From Perna viridis (Eukaryota): a stretch of DNA of 64,000 nucleotides. Every line of letters starts with the position of its first letter. The stretch's first letter is position 1. The notes under the pieces were generated by a model. It was not told the DNA's origin. It did no database searches and saw only the letters and a program-made list of their open reading frames with translations. The stretch spans positions 9,982,001 through 10,046,000 of the forward strand of contig CM074512.1 in assembly GCA_037379345.1 (NCBI GenBank). The letters run 5' to 3'. The position numbers and the translations under genes were made by a program. Below, in pieces: positions 24,901 through 37,262 of the stretch.

Positions 24901-27900
24901 TGCATAAATAGTTTATCAAATAATATCATGCTTCTTTGTGTTATTCTAAGATACATTGATGTCAGGTATATTATGGATGATGTGAAATTTTGAATTAGTT
25001 TTACTCACTAAAACCTTGCTTTTCAAAGTATCTTGAACAGTTCACCACTTAACATTACATTTTGTAGTAGGATTACAACTTTTACTATGTATATTCTTTT
25101 TATTGCACAATGGCGGTATATATCACCAAGACAAAAAGGCCTTTTTCATCAAAAATGTACTTTTCGGAAGTACATGTATGTCAAAAAAAACTTGATGGTC
25201 TCACCATTCCTTATGTTTTTATTAGTTAACATGTTACAAAGGCATTTTATTTCATTGTGAATTCCAAAGATAAAAGAATTTTTGCATATCATTGCAAAGC
25301 TTGATAACAAAAAGATTTTGAAACCATTTTGAAATGGTGCATTGTTTGAAAAATTTGGCCTGAATAAATGATACTGAAAATCCACATTTATATATTATGT
25401 ATATTTAAAAAAATATGCTCATGTAATGGTATTGTGCTTTTATCGTCCATAGACATTTCATGTGATGTCTGGACAATAACTTGAGTGTACTATTAGTAAA
25501 TAGATCTGTATAACAAGTTGCCATACCACTACTAGGATGACTTTGATTGATTTACTGGGTTGTGACTTGAACCTTAAAGGAATTAAGGGCCCAAAGGGGC
25601 TGAAAACAAGCATTTTTTCTGGAAAATAAAATCACCATTATATTAAGTGAATGGATCTCTTTAAAAATTATACCACTAGGTACCATACCACAAAAAGACT
25701 ATGCTGGGATTGATTTTGATGGTTATTACCGGAACAGCTTAGGAATTAGGAGACAAAAAAGGGCCAAAAACAAGGATTTTAAACATGTCTGGTCCACAAC
25801 TTGACTATATTTTAATTCTGGTCAAACTAAGTCTTAATGGCCCTGAAAATTCAGAGTTGTATCAAGCTTGAATGGTGTATTCATAATTGCCCCAACTTTT
25901 CAGAATTCGACCTCTGGAGTTGTATCAAGCCGAGTGTGCATTTTTTTGCTAACTGACAGAAAATTACTGGCACACTGTTAACAGTATTTATATACTTTTA
26001 TAATAAATAACAAATAATCTTATAAGTGATAATGAATTTTACATTTTGTGAGTTTTCTCCCTGATCTATTTCATTCATCTTATGAAGCTTTAACAAAAAT
26101 GACAGTCATTCATGTTTTTGAATAAAATTTTTTTTTTTTATTAGCTCATCTGGCCGAAGGTTATGTGAGCTATTGCCATCACTTGGCGTCCGTCATCGTC
26201 ATTGTTAACAATTTTTCAAAACTCTTCTCCTCTGACAATACTTGGCCAATTGAAACTGAACTTGGTATGAATGTTTCTTGGGGTATCCTGCATAGAACTG
26301 TTGTGGGGATTTTTGATCCATCAAAAAACATGGCAGCTGTTACTAAAAATAGAACATAGGGGTCAGACAGTAGTTTTTCCCATATATCTCCAAAACTATT
26401 AGGTTTAGCTAAATTCTGACAGGGTAAAAGTGTTCAGCATGATGAGATCTATCTGTGATCGACTTTTCCTATTAATCTGTTAAGCTATGTTGGTGTTATT
26501 GCCATTTTTTTTTTATTATAAGGCCTATAAAAGGTCTTCAGGGATAAATGTTGTCAGACAACTCCTTGTAAGAGTTATTGCCCTTGAATGGTGAAAAATG
26601 ACTAAGTGAGAGATTCAGGCTCCTGGGAGCTTTTTGTGTTAGATTTGTATATCATTTATGTGGTGTAGAATTTTTTTCACAGAGTTGAGAACAGAATAAA
26701 CAAAATTACCTAATCATCTATGGCTAATTCTCTTATCATTTCAGGTATCCTCAGTAATGTTTGGAGCTAATCACTTATTAAGTCTTCTTACTCTTGGTAC
26801 CAATACAGGCCTTGTTATCGACTTGGGACATACTGAAAGTATGGTAATACCTGTATCCTTCTATGTACTCATGGATATCTTACTCTGAGGGGAGACCTTG
26901 GTACCATCACAGACTTACAGATCTTTTTTTTTACCAGTAATGGTACCCTGGTGGTGATACAGACTTAAAGATCTTTATATTTCAATAATAATCCTTCCTT
27001 TGGGTGAGTTCCTGGGACTAACACATAACTTTTTAGCATACCTGCCAATGTGAATTTACCAATATTGAATAAGTGTGATTTGCATTAGACCAAAAGAGAT
27101 ATGTATGTTTCCTATTACACTTTCAATCAAAATAGGGTAGGTAAGTAGGTAGGAGTCTTTTATATTTTACTTTAAAGGGAAGGTTTCAAATACTGACTTA
27201 TGATCTCTAGATCATATCTATCACAGAAGGTACAATTATAGACTTAGATCGTATAACCTCTCACATAGGGAGGGACTCTTAATATCCTTATTGACTTTGA
27301 TCTTGATCTTAGTAAAAACTGTTACCAAGGGAGGGACTCTGGTACTAAAATTGAGTTACCTGTATCTTTATTGAAAAACCTATTACTGGTGCCTAGGGAG
27401 GGTCTCTGGTACCATTATTGACATAATGTTCTATCTTAAAGTAAAATATTTTTACCTAGGGAGACTTTCATGTTTTTGAATATATATTAACTTATATCTC
27501 TACACTTTCACATAGAGGAGGTTTGTGGTATCAATATTAACTTAGACCCTTATCGTTGGATGAAGAACTCACTTCAACAATATAGGCTTAGATCTTTATG
27601 TTATGATAAACATTCTTTCCTTGGTACCATAATGGTTCAAATAACATTATAAACATGATTTAGGTACTTTAAATTTTTTTCTCTTTTAAGTGTTCGACCC
27701 CTTTGCCACTGGAATTTTTGTTATCCTCAATACTATTGGGCTTTGGAAAAGTCGAATTTGAACATTGACTTAAAGTTACTTTCAAATTTTCCTGAATATG
27801 GATTAGATTTATGAAGGTATCCCAGTAATGAAGGCCATAGAAGCCATTCCTGTTGCTGGCAAGGCTGTACAGAGGTTTGTTTCTACTGAAATACCAGTTG

Positions 27901-30900
27901 TTGTTTTTTTTTTTTTTCGACCGCAAAAAATTCGCAACACATAATGGTATGGCAATGTTGTCTTCATCATCATCAGTAGGCACTTAGTTTTATAAAGTTT
28001 ATCTATGAACCTCCTGTCAAAAACATATGAATGTCTATGATATTGCTCCACAATATTCAATACTACAAAGATCAAGCAGGGATTAATATTGGAGTTATGA
28101 CTTGAACCAAGTGGGAAGTAGGGGCCAGAAACAAATGTTTTCCTGACAATAACTTGAGTTTGAGTAAGTGGATCTCTTATAAATTGTACTTTAAGAAGCC
28201 ATACTTCAAAAGGAGACTTGAGATTGATTTTTGGGGTTATGACTATAGCCAATTAAGAACTATGGGCCACAAAGGGACCAGAAACAAATTTTTTTCTGAT
28301 TTCTGGAGTAAAAATGAATGGATTTCCTTGAAACTCTATCACAAAGTACTTTCCTCCCAAAGAACGGAAGGTTGGGTTTGATTTTGTAGGGTATGTCTTG
28401 ACGTTTTTAGGAATTAGGAGCCCAAAAAAGGTTAAGTTCTTATCATGTGTCAACTTTCAGATCACAAGCAGAAATCAAAGCTGTATCAAGTTTGAATGGT
28501 GTGTCAATACTTGCCCTGGTTGTTCAGTGTGTGACCTCTGTGGTCATATCAAGATGCACCACTCAAAGCATTTTATTCTGTAGTAAAATCAAAATTAATA
28601 TGAAAAGAACACAGTTAATGGGATACTGCAACTTAATTTTTGTGAAGCTGGCGGCTTGGAGCTCTTAATTAAACAATGGATGTCCATGTATGAAGTGGTT
28701 CCTCAGTTGTTATACTAGCTCTGAAGGAGAGGAGGATGAGATATACTGTTTTACCCTTGTCCAAGTGACAATGTATACTGTAACAATTTATTTTGTTACA
28801 CTACTCTCAGCAGCTTTTTATCACAGCAGCTTGAAATTTTAACATATTCTTCCTGTAGGTATGTCATATGATGGGATTCATTTTCAGAAAATTCCACAAC
28901 AACTTCCTGTTTTCCCTGGACTTTGTTTATTTTCCATATATCTTGATTGAAAGCAGGGGTATCACAAAGTGAGCCTTCGCTCACAGATTTTTTGTTTTAG
29001 TAATCGAATGCAATTTAACTATGAATAGATCTACAAATCAACAAAACACTGTGACTAGTATGTTCATGTATGTTGATTGAAAGCCTTGGATGAACCTCCA
29101 ATTTTTTATGGATTTCCTTCAAACTTTCTTGAATGCTTTGTAGCAATTAAAATCTTGGTTCTTGCAAAAGTGGGCACGAGAGTTTAAAATTGTGAATGTA
29201 GTCACTAATGTTTTTAATTTATCATGATGTTTTATCAATTATTTGAACATTTTCCCCTTTTAGCCTTTAAATATGTTATTAATATTTATCATATACATAA
29301 CAGGAGAATTGAGGAATTGTTAAAGTCTACTGCCACAGTTAGTGGGGAAGATGGGCAGGAGAAACCAGTATCCTCAGGTATGTATTCAAAGAGGACTAAA
29401 AAAAGATTCACTATCCAAGATAAATCGATAGGAGAAACCATTATCCCCATGTATGTCTCCATAAGTGATAGGAAAAACCTGTATTCCCATGTATCTATCC
29501 ATAAGTGACAGGAGCAACCAGTATCCCCATGTACGTATCCATAAGTGGTAGAAGAAACCAGTATCCCCATGTATATATCCATAAATGACAGGAGAAACCA
29601 GTATCCACATGTATGTATCCAAAAGTGACAGGAAAAAACACTTTTACTACAAAGGTATTCATAGAAGTTTGAGAGAAAAATCCCAGAAAAATATTCATAG
29701 AAGTTCGCGAGAAGAATCTCAGATAAGTAGGGGAGAAACCAGTACATGTTCCAAACCATATAGGGTAAATTATCTACATTAGTAATACCTACATTTGTAT
29801 TTTACAAACATTCTGTATATGAAGTTTGGACTGCATGAAACCAGATGGTTTAGAAGGAAGATAATCCATCCAACTTTATTTAAATGTTGTTAGTGTCTTG
29901 TTAGAATAACTTTTGATAGCAGTTTGTTTTTATCACATCTTTGAATAAGTGTGTTTTGGTATCTTTTATGCAATATGGTTATTATCCTGTCCTATTTTGA
30001 TATTTTTGTGGGCAGGTTTATACCATGAAATACCTTATATTTCAGAATATTTGACAGAAGACCTGTTGGAAGATATTAAAGGTAGTTATTGGAAGATTTG
30101 AATTGAGTTGTGATAACCATAAGAAGACTTATTCCATATTGTTTAAGTAGTTGGTACTCTGTGTCAGTTACACTGTATTTTCAAAGTTGTATAGTAAGGT
30201 ACTTGTTGTTTGGTCAAAACAGGAAATTTCAGATTTCATCAAAATGTAAGTTTTCCTTTGTTTGCTGTGTATGATATCTTTTTGACTTTTACAGAACATG
30301 TAGAGTCTAATAGCGAATGATATCATGTCAACTTTTACAGAACATGTGGAGTCTAATAGCGAATGATATCATGTCAACTTTTACAGAACATGTAGAGTCT
30401 AATAGCGAATGATATCATGTCAACTTTTACAGAACATGTAGAGTCTTATAGCAAATGATATCATGTCAACGTTTACAGAACATGTAGAGTCTAACAGCAA
30501 ATATGCTGCCATTTTATGCATTATCTTCCCAATGTTTATATCATACATCAGTTTGCAAAATGCTACATCTCTACCTATTGAAACTTTGAAATGTAGTCAA
30601 AACACCTGCAAAACAAAACATAAAAAAAACTGACATGTTATTTGATTGGAACTCCACAAACATATAAAAAAAAAACTTCAGGTTGTGGTAAAACAAGGCA
30701 TTTTTGGCTGAATCAGAAACTGTTTTACCTCCTCATATCATAGGGTACCCATCTTACCTTCCATTTTTCTTACTCCTCCTACACTACTGAACTGAATTGA
30801 ATGTAATTTTCATAGAATCTTTTCAGGGCAAAAGATGCATGTTATCAAATGGATGAGGGGGGTTTCAATTTAGTGAGAATTTCTCACAGTTTTGTAGTTT

Positions 30901-33457
30901 TCAAGGTGAATGTGGTTCAATCAAAGTATTGATTCAAATTCTAAAAAAAATCATCATTGGAGGAGCTATGGTACTGTTATGAAATGCATAAAATCAGAAC
31001 TTCCTTAGTGAAAGAAATTTGGCCAACCACAAAAACTTGTATGAAATTAAAGTATTTCAGATTGATCTTAATTTTTGTAGTGAGATGTTGTTTTGTTACA
31101 AACATTAAAAGAGCCAAACAGATTCATGATGTCATGATAAAAGGTGACGACAAAAGCAAGGTATTTTTCATTAATGTGGTTATGTATAAGTTGAGAAAGA
31201 AAATTAATAAATGACTGGGGAAACATTATTAGTAAATATACAAGAAACTGAAACCCTGTTATCCCCACCACCAATCCTTAATGCAAAGATTTTAGCAGAT
31301 TAACAAATAACAAAAATCTGTTAGAATGCTCAGAATCAGAATCAGAATGCAGTTATCAAAAAGTTTACCTCTAGAAATTTGGTAATGGTTATTTGTTTGA
31401 GTAAGTAATAGTGCTTGGATATTGCTTTTTCTCACAATCCAGTTCTATTTTTCAGAGTACTTTTGAAACAATTAAATATGATTAGTTAATTGCTGAGTTC
31501 ATTCTTATCATAACAGTTGTTATTGTCTTAGCCTAACACTCTGTATTAATTATACACAGATTTTCATTTTTTTCTGATGAACATTTATAGAAGTACAATG
31601 ATTTTAAGTAGTTACAATATAATCCTATTTATCATTTTAGTTACCAACTCCTCCACCCAGTGTTAAGTATCCACTTGATGGAGGAAAAGTCTTACATATA
31701 TCTGGTGAAATCAGGTTAGATTTAATACTTAGGTCTGTTATTTTATGTAATAAGAAGTTGGTTTGTTACAAGTTACATAATATAGAAACTACACTATAGA
31801 AACCATGAAAACATTAAGAGAAGAAAACTAATGCTCTTCATCAAAAATATTTTTGTGAGGTTATTTCAGTCATTTAAGATAAATTTTTTAATGACCCAAG
31901 TTTTATGAATTCCTATGACTGAAGCTCTTTGGTTAAACATATTACAACAAAACTCCTTTTATTAGTGATGTTTTTGTAGGGAACATAGTTGTGAAGTATT
32001 GTTTGAACAAGATAATGAAGAGGTTTCAGTATCAACTCTTCTCCTAGATTCCATACTCAAGGTAAATACAACTATTTAAGGAAAACTAGAAAACAAAAAA
32101 AGAAAGGGAGCTTCTCACAAGAAAACAAACATTGAACCAAAAAAAATATTAAAACCCTTGAAGCATATAATGACATGAGATGGACAGATTGACTGGGTGT
32201 AACATAGTATGTCCTTCAAACAACATGGCTTTTATTTTATGCATGTTTATTCCATCTGCTAATACAGTACCTCCTAAAGTAGGATTTAATAATATTCTAT
32301 GTAGTGCAGAAGCTTGGTTTATGTCCCTTTGTATGCCCCCAGCATGTATCGTGGAAATCTTACATTCCATTAAGTTAAACATACACTGTATGATTTCCCT
32401 TTTTTAAAATAGGACTTGGACCTCTTTTGTATTGAGTTTTCTTGGGTCATATGGAGTTGATAAGGGGTCAATTTGGAATTTGATTATAGCAAAATATAAC
32501 AGCCTTTCCTTAAATAATTGTTTATTTTTTAAAGTGCCCCATTGACATAAGAAAGAGTTTGGCTGAGAACATTGTGATTATTGGTGGTACTTCAATGTTG
32601 GCTGGATTTCATCACAGACTTAGATCTGAGCTGTATGACCTACTGCAAAAACCAAGATATGAAAAACATTTAGCCATTAAAGAGTTTAGATTCCATCAGC
32701 TTCCTGCTAAACAAAATTATGCTGCATGGCTGGGAGGTAGGTTTTCTCTTAAATCACTTTATTTTTCTCATTGTCATATTCACTATTTCAGTCTTTATGA
32801 TGGCATATTATTTGGAAACAAATGTGTGTGAAATAATTACAATAGAAAGTTGTGTTTTGCCTGCATTATATTTAATATGTACCCCTATTCTACTTGAATA
32901 AAGTTAACTAGTCACATGGGAATAAATATGTCATTTACAATGTTTCAAACTTAAAAGATATCCAAACACTCCAGAAGAAAAGACATCACACAAAACAACT
33001 AAGAATCACATTGTCATGTAATCAATATCTCCAATAGCCAAAAACATCAAACTTCCATCCAACTGTAAAAAAAGTATATCTGAAAACACCTGGATTAACT
33101 TTTTTTATAAATGTATTACCTTGATTACCTTCCTAGAAAGGTTCAATCTGTACTCTACTTCTTACAAATAAGTGCAGACTTTTTATGTTTAGAGCTCATT
33201 GTTGCACTTGAAAAAAATGGTTATGTTTTCATTGTACATACATTAAAAATACAGGTACCAATTATTCAGGTAGATTAAACTTGATTAATTGTTGTTATCT
33301 TCATGAATGTCTTCATAGGTTTTTAAGCACTTTTTCCATTTCAGGGGCTATGGTAGGAGCTTTAGAGACTTTGCCTAGTAAATCTGTATCTAGAGATCTG
33401 TATATAATCAATGGGCATCTAACAGACTGGTGTTCTATTTCTCATGAAAAACAATAA
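15831..33457 (+). CDS. ACTR10: Actin-related protein 10 (dynactin Arp10/Arp11), complete 13-exon CDS, 391 aa
   Basis: join(15831-15907,20422-20494,21263-21342,24650-24758,26745-26852,27807-27874,29304-29377,30046-30081,31081-31160,31641-31714,31980-32061,32535-32736,33345-33457) = 1176 nt, all GT-AG, phases consistent. Peptides [97 protein letters not shown] match ACTR10. Confidence 0.95.
16126..16251. mobile_element. Hairpin MITE, AcademH-like (TAG...CTA ends, 9-bp TSD)
   Basis: Arms of ~55-62 bp around an 8-nt loop; flanks ATTCTATAC (16117-16125) and ATTCGATAC (16252-16260). Confidence 0.7.
17485..17837. mobile_element. Two adjacent MITEs (17485-17701 and 17707-17837)
   Basis: CAGGGATTGAAGTT...AAATTTGATCACTG, and CAGGGACTTGAGGTCATGAGATAGATC...GATCTATCTCGTGCCTCCAAGTCCCTG inverted ends. 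Confidence 0.55.
18702..18794. repeat. Tandem repeat, 31 bp x3
   Basis: AATGATATCAGCAGTGTATATGTTAAAGAAT repeated. Confidence 0.85.
20422..20494 (+). CDS. ACTR10: ACTR10 exon 2
   Basis: [24 protein letters not shown]; CAG/GT boundaries. Confidence 0.9.
21263..21342 (+). CDS. ACTR10: ACTR10 exon 3
   Basis: [27 protein letters not shown]; CAGAAG tandem acceptor; donor GTAAGG. Confidence 0.88.
21998..22515 (+). mobile_element. Non-autonomous retroelement (SINE-like) with perfect 15-bp TSD
   Basis: TCATATTTTTTGGGG at 21983-21997 and 22516-22530; GC-rich head with GCTTGTCGTAAAAGGCGACTAA; central GTTAAAGAACCC..GAGTAGG; tail GAAATATTGCT..TTAAACCCCAA..(TCAA)n. Confidence 0.85.
22870..23672. repeat. 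Purine-rich degenerate repeat tract
   Basis: ~800 bp strongly A/G-biased on +, with recurring GTGTRGATTGAG followed by A/G runs. Confidence 0.75.
23678..24232 (+). mobile_element. 5'-truncated Penelope-like retroelement (RT thumb + 3' UTR)
   Basis: [52 protein letters not shown]; stop at 23951. Confidence 0.8.
24650..24758 (+). CDS. ACTR10: ACTR10 exon 4
   Basis: [36 protein letters not shown]. Confidence 0.92.
25450..25950. repeat. Dispersed repeat with internal ~150-bp units (related copy at 28060-28575)
   Basis: Shared ACAATAACTTGAGT..TGGATCTCT..TTGATTTT..GGTTAT..AGGAATTAGG..GTATCAAG blocks. Confidence 0.5.
26139..26637 (+). mobile_element. Non-autonomous Helentron-like (HINE-type) element
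   Basis: Starts TTAGCTCATCTGG..GTGAGCTA then (GTC)-rich; ends GTGAGAGATTCAGGCTCCTGGGAGC; same family as 47212-49019 and 51255-52144 in the opposite orientation. Confidence 0.65.
26745..26852 (+). CDS. ACTR10: ACTR10 exon 5
   Basis: [36 protein letters not shown]; followed by GTATCCTT donor. Confidence 0.92.
26853..27806 (+). other. U12-type (minor spliceosome) GT-AG intron 5 of ACTR10
   Basis: 5' site GTATCCTTCT; branch-like TTTTCCTGAAT at 27787-27797 close to the AG; no polypyrimidine tract. Confidence 0.85.
27807..27874 (+). CDS. ACTR10: ACTR10 exon 6
   Basis: [23 protein letters not shown]. Confidence 0.92.
28060..28575. repeat. Dispersed repeat related to 25450-25950
   Basis: Same unit motifs and terminal GACCTCTG..TATCAAG block. 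Confidence 0.5.
29304..29377 (+). CDS. ACTR10: ACTR10 exon 7
   Basis: [24 protein letters not shown]; phases fit exons 6 and 8. Confidence 0.85.
29425..29755. repeat. 39-bp minisatellite derived from the exon 7 end and splice donor
   Basis: Unit AAGTGACAGGAGAAACCAGTATCCCCATGTATGTATCCAT vs exon end GGGCAGGAGAAACCAGTATCCTCAG|GTATGTATTCA. Confidence 0.85.
30046..30081 (+). CDS. ACTR10: ACTR10 exon 8 (36 nt)
   Basis: [12 protein letters not shown]. Confidence 0.88.
30285..30502. repeat. Tandem repeat, 46 bp x ~4.7
   Basis: ACTTTTACAGAACATGTAGAGTCTAATAGCGAATGATATCATGTCA, nearly identical copies. Confidence 0.9.
31081..31160 (+). CDS. ACTR10: ACTR10 exon 9
   Basis: [27 protein letters not shown]. 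Confidence 0.9.
31641..31714 (+). CDS. ACTR10: ACTR10 exon 10
   Basis: [25 protein letters not shown]. Confidence 0.92.
31980..32061 (+). CDS. ACTR10: ACTR10 exon 11
   Basis: [27 protein letters not shown]. Confidence 0.92.
32535..32736 (+). CDS. ACTR10: ACTR10 exon 12
   Basis: [29 protein letters not shown]...AAWLG. Confidence 0.93.
33345..33457 (+). CDS. ACTR10: ACTR10 exon 13 (coding part)
   Basis: [37 protein letters not shown]. Confidence 0.9.
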
Positions 33458-34197
33458 CTAATTCTTACATGTAATATATGTAAATGTGCAATATTTTGTG
33501 TATTAGTTCAGGCCATGCTTTTTAATTTAAAAAGCTATTTATTTTAACTGGTGACTTCTTGGGATTAGTATTATTATTTATATTTACATCATCTATGCTA
33601 TTATTGTACAGATTGTTAACTTTCTAAGAACAGTATATACCGGTAACTGTTTAATTATGATTTCTTGTCATTGTTTCATCAGGCTTTCATGTATATATAT
33701 ACTGTAAATTCATAAACTATTGCAAGGTTTTTATGAATGTGAAAACTAAGGTCAGGGAACTCTTAATGTTTGATGTGAACATTTTCTTAAAATAGTAGAA
33801 ATTCGCATTGCATTTTTGACAAAAAATGACAAAATTCCAATAATTAACATCCAGTTCCTAGTTTTTTTTTGTTTTTAAATCTATTATTTTTTATTAATGG
33901 TCTACAATTTTATGGTGATGTCATTGTTATTAGCAGGTTTTGTAGACATTTTGTCTCTGGACAACAACTCCCTCAAGCTTATATACTGTGTCTATACATG
34001 CCCTACTATTAGGGGTTAAAGCTCTGGGGTCTTACCAAACTTTTCCCTGTGCAGTATTTTATTATTGCTGAAATTTCTAGGTATGTTATTGTATGCTGAA
34101 AGTATATGACACTAACATGTGATAATTGTGATTAATTGTCTGTTTTAGGAATCAATGGAGACATCTTGTTTACGTATTAATCACTTTATTAGAATGA

Positions 34198-34203
34198 AAT
34201 AAA
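34198..34203 (+). terminator. Candidate ACTR10 polyadenylation signal
   Basis: First AATAAA found downstream of the stop (~740 nt), followed by T-rich sequence. Confidence 0.4.
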
Positions 34204-34790
34204 CAATAGATTGTAGTAAGAACAATCTCTTTCCTTAGTTATTAAATTACAAAATGTGAAGTTACAATATGTTTCTTATTTTATAGAATCTATATGTGTA
34301 CATAGCCACTACCTAATCCTTAGAACTTGTACTGCTTCAGTACCCTCTTCTTTATAATCAGGTGTTTATTTAAAAAAAAAAATCAAATAAAAAAGACTTG
34401 GGGAAAAAAACTGATAAAAAAGACATGAGTAGACATACATTCATGTAAATTTTAGTGTTATTTAAAAATAAAATCAGAATAACAATACCACTTCATTGGA
34501 GGGTAGATAAACCAGAAAAATAGGAATTTAAGGGAATGCTTTGCATGTTTATTTTAAAAAATTTAAAAGGTCCTAAATATGTTCTATGTTCATGAAACAG
34601 GTGGATGCAAAAAGACAGAAAAATAGTAGGAAATATGACTTCTATTGTAGGTTTGAGTTTTATAATCTTTGAAGAATTGTTTCTGCTATAGATCCTTTTT
34701 ATAGTATATAGAACTGTGGAAAATATTTCCTGGTTCTATATTTCGAGTGTCTAGTATCTTAATAAACCTGATCATAGTAGAAGTCTATAT

Positions 34791-34915
34791 GTATCTATAT
34801 GTGTGGGGTACCTGCCAGTGATTTGGTATCTATATGTGTGGGGGTACCTGCCAGTGTTTTGGTATCTATATGTGTGGGGTACCTGCCAGTGATTTGGTAT
34901 CTATATGTGTGGGGT
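34791..34915. repeat. Tandem repeat, 35-36 bp x ~3.5
   Basis: GTATCTATATGTGTGGGGTACCTGCCAGTGATTTG. Confidence 0.85.
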
Positions 34916-36204
34916 CAAATTTTAGTAAGTTAATAATAAGTTGGTAAGTGATCCAAATAGATCTCCCTATCGGTGATCATGATAGGTCGATGCTGATTTT
35001 GAAGGATTTAATTCTGCTATTGAAGAAGTAGACTAGAATTCTTTTTGGAGTTCTTTGATTAGTGTTGATGAAATGAGTACTAAATTTACTGAGAAATATA
35101 CTCAACTGGCTAGAGGACATATTACTGATATTCCTAATTCAAACAAGATATTGACTGGGAACAGATTCAACCTTTGATATTGAAACAATATCTTGTAGTG
35201 AAATTAAGTGTCGAAAACGAGGAAGCACGTATTGCTGCTGGCCTTCCTGGATTTGCAAGTACCGAATCGCTTTATTTCCAAAGTGGATGGGAAACCCTTC
35301 AAAACGGAAGGAAAAGAAGAAAACTTAACTTTGTTATATAAAATCCACACTCAAAAGGCCCGAAATAATTAATCGATTGTCTGCAAAATGTTATTCAAAT
35401 AAACACTAACCATAACTGGAATAATCAAAACGATTATAGAATACCATTAACAAGACTTCAGTTATTCTCTAATTCATTATTTCCATCAACGATTAATTTC
35501 TGGATTGGTCTGGATAACAGTATCAGAAATTCCACATCTCCCAATTCTTTCAAAAATAAAATCCGAATAACCTCACCAAAACCACCAAAATTTTAGGATT
35601 CTGGCGATCGGTACTATAATGATATACATACAGGACTTGGACATCGATCGAACAATTTTGTCCTTTTTCGTGTTGGATTAAATAGTGTCCTAAATGTGAA
35701 TGGGTAGAAGATGCAATTCATTTTTTTCTGGAGTGTCCTTTCTATTACCGAGCTCGCTTAATTGTTTGCAATACATTTATCTATGACGGCGAAATGAATA
35801 TTGAACATGTCCTTTTTGGCAATGATTTACTTATTCCTGATAAAAAAACACTGCTTAACGCGGTATAACACTTTGTCCAGCAAACTAAATGTGTTTAGAT
35901 TCAACAGTGTTTTTTTTTACTCTTTCAAACACAGTGTTATCATTTCTTTGCGAGTGATTTTCAGTATAAAATACTGAACATTATGTTAGATTTGACTGAT
36001 GTGTATACAAGATCTGACTGATGTGTATATAAGAACTGACTGATGTGTATATATCTAATTTTATATGTATATATTTTTGTTGATGCATGTTTGTTGTATG
36101 TATGATATATTTGTTATGTTGATCATGGAGAAGGAATCATTACAAATTGGTATAACTTTAGTCTGACCCTTTGCTAATATTGCAATAAAATATGTTTAAA
36201 CTAA
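34916..36204 (+). mobile_element. Decayed, internally deleted CR1-group LINE
   Basis: Remnant peptides VENEEARIAAGLPGFASTESLYFQSGWETL, EDAIHFFLECP; tail CAATAAAATATGTTTAAACTAA at ~36183-36204. Confidence 0.65.
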
Positions 36205-37262
36205 TGAAGATATAGCCCGGATGCAATGTTTTATTGATATAGACATTATGATAATCTAGTTTGAAAGATGTATTTAACAAACACAAGACTGAATTAACAA
36301 AAAGAAAAGACAGATGAAAGATATTCCATGAAAAAAAAAAAAACAAACAAACAAACAGAAATTAACCCTTCAGTTTCAGTGATCATTTATAGTGCTTTCA
36401 GCTCTCATCTTGAGTATAGGTTATTGAAAATGCGAATCTGTCTTTTTTGCATCAAGAAAAAAAATACCTTGTCTGGGAATTCAAATTTCAAGTCGATAAA
36501 TCTTTTAATTAATAGGGATGCTAGGATATTTTTATTCTAGAATCTTCCGCGGTAATTTTGGTTGTGATTGTTAATTGAACACTTTTGTAACTAGACAATA
36601 CATCTCGTTCTAGTAATTTATTTCACTGATGAGATGTAGAGCACTTCTGAAAATTTCATTTCAGTTTGTTGAAATAAAACTTATTTATAGCTCCCATAGA
36701 TATATAATTTGTAAATCCTAGAAAACTCTTATGAGCATTGGTGAATATAACCATAAAATCAGTAGCCACGAGTTAATATATAAATAAGTGTGCCTTTTCA
36801 TAACTACATGTAACTGCAAAATAGTGTGTATACTGGACGTAAATGGAGAAGGTGAATAGAGGCAAAAGTGAAACAAAATAATATAAAACCGAACTACCTC
36901 TTTCTATTAATCTCTTCGCCGTTTCAGTTTCTAGAGTATTTGAGAAATTATTTTCGTAAGAAAAACAACCAAGGAGGAAATCCAATGCGGCAGGGTACTG
37001 AAAGGTTTCGGATGTTTACCATTACATGTATTACATCTATGTGTACTACATACTAATACACCCACCAAATTTACACTAAACTAGAGCGGATCTGTTTTGT
37101 AATTGACATAGTGCACGATATGACTATTTCACTAGAGCAGACGTTCATCGACAAAAATATGATTCCAGTGAGTTGAACAACGGATTCATAATCCGGTATG
37201 AAGTATGGTAATACAAAACAAAACTTCCGTCGTGAGTTTATGAATTTAATTGCTACCATTAA

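Noticed and set aside
30285-30502. CRISPR-like appearance of regular repeats (also 29425, 42255, 54926)
   Set aside because: Units are contiguous with no unique spacers, there are no cas genes, and the context is eukaryotic.
36773-37259. Short minus-strand ORFs downstream of the 123-aa ORF
   Set aside because: Under 75 aa with no motifs; more likely 3' UTR or intergenic.
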